Assembly: GCA_002633005.1 (NCBI GenBank)
Contig: NMRA01000158.1
Coordinates: 122,229 to 186,228, forward strand
Origin: Phoronis australis
Lineage: Eukaryota > Animalia > Phoronida
DNA length: 64,000 bases
Reading direction: 5' to 3'
This document shows, one piece after another, positions 63,201 through 64,000 of the stretch. The translations under genes were made by a program, and so were the position numbers. Within the stretch, counting starts at the first letter, position 1, and each line of letters begins with the position of its first letter. The notes under the pieces were generated by a model. That model saw only the letters and a program-made list of their open reading frames with translations. It was not told the origin of the DNA and made no database searches.

Positions 63201-64000
63201 AGCAATTGGTTTATATTTTTTTCTAATTCGGTACCTTCCACTCCGAGAGTTATCTCCCACTCAATTGCCGGTCCTGGTATTTCCCCCACGACAGCCCGTT
63301 TCACTCATCAATACATATCGATTGATTACGCATGTCCCACACGTTTACGCGCGCGAAACTCTCGGAAACGCGCGCATCCCATTAATAACAGAAAATGCTA
63401 TTTTTTCTTCGTCATGAAACCAATTGTTCCAGGACAACCATGAAAACCCTGTTGGCGGATACAAGCATGGGGAGCCATATTGAACCACATATTTATTACA
63501 GTATAACACGAAAAGCCGTCATTGACTTCTTCCACACCAACAATCCCACGCCCACAGTATTATGTTTTTGATAATGTTAGCAAAGGTTGAGATGAGATGG
63601 GTTTTATGTCTTTGTCGATGACATCAACCTGGCTGCAGAGGGCATTTTGCGGAAATACTATCGAATTCAATGTTGTGGAGTAGGAATCGGCGCCGAGGAG
63701 AAAGAAGACCAGCCGCCAGGTGGCGTGACCTGCTCGACAACGAGTCAGTTGCACTTCAAATACCTACGTGTACTGGTAACCTGTTTTTTTAACTCAAGCA
63801 GCCTTGACAAAGCAATAAGACGACTTGATAAACGCTTATCAAAAGTATCAGAAAAGGAGACGGTTGCACTAAAATATAGGAAACTCAAGCATGGCTAAAC
63901 GTAAAAACATTACAATCATATATTTGTGTGGTATGATAAAGATATGTTCAAAATATAAACTTTCTGTATGTTAAATTCAGTAATCCCCCACGTGAACATA

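Overview
AT-rich, intron-containing, transposon-dense animal genomic DNA. The repeat and protein types look like a marine lophotrochozoan such as a mollusc, but this is an inference. Two host genes can be reconstructed, both on the minus strand. (1) A 304-aa secreted multi-peptide precursor with a single coding exon (50851-51765): signal peptide, 17 GWD motifs, 11 tandem 12-aa units (N/S)AGWDSxx-R-x-(K/R)-R and no amidation signals, plus a plausible TATA box and short non-coding first exon about 5 kb upstream. It is the best candidate for an undescribed peptide signalling system. (2) A 5-exon, 307-aa secreted protein (39678 to 19395) with an N-terminal PAN/apple-like module and an unnamed Trp/Cys-rich C-terminal domain. 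Its 14.1-kb last intron is mostly a nested transposon stack. The rest is mobile DNA: two inverted copies of an ISL2EU-like element, a P-like element with THAP remnants, an unclassified 4-bp-TSD element, a decayed short-LTR Gypsy element, a solo LTR, a tRNA-derived SINE, L1/Tx1 and other LINE fragments, an Academ-like remnant, MITEs, a 29-bp P-element-type footprint and hammerhead-like motifs. A duplication of about 830 bp around the single N is probably an assembly artefact. All calls come from manual reading; no searches were run.
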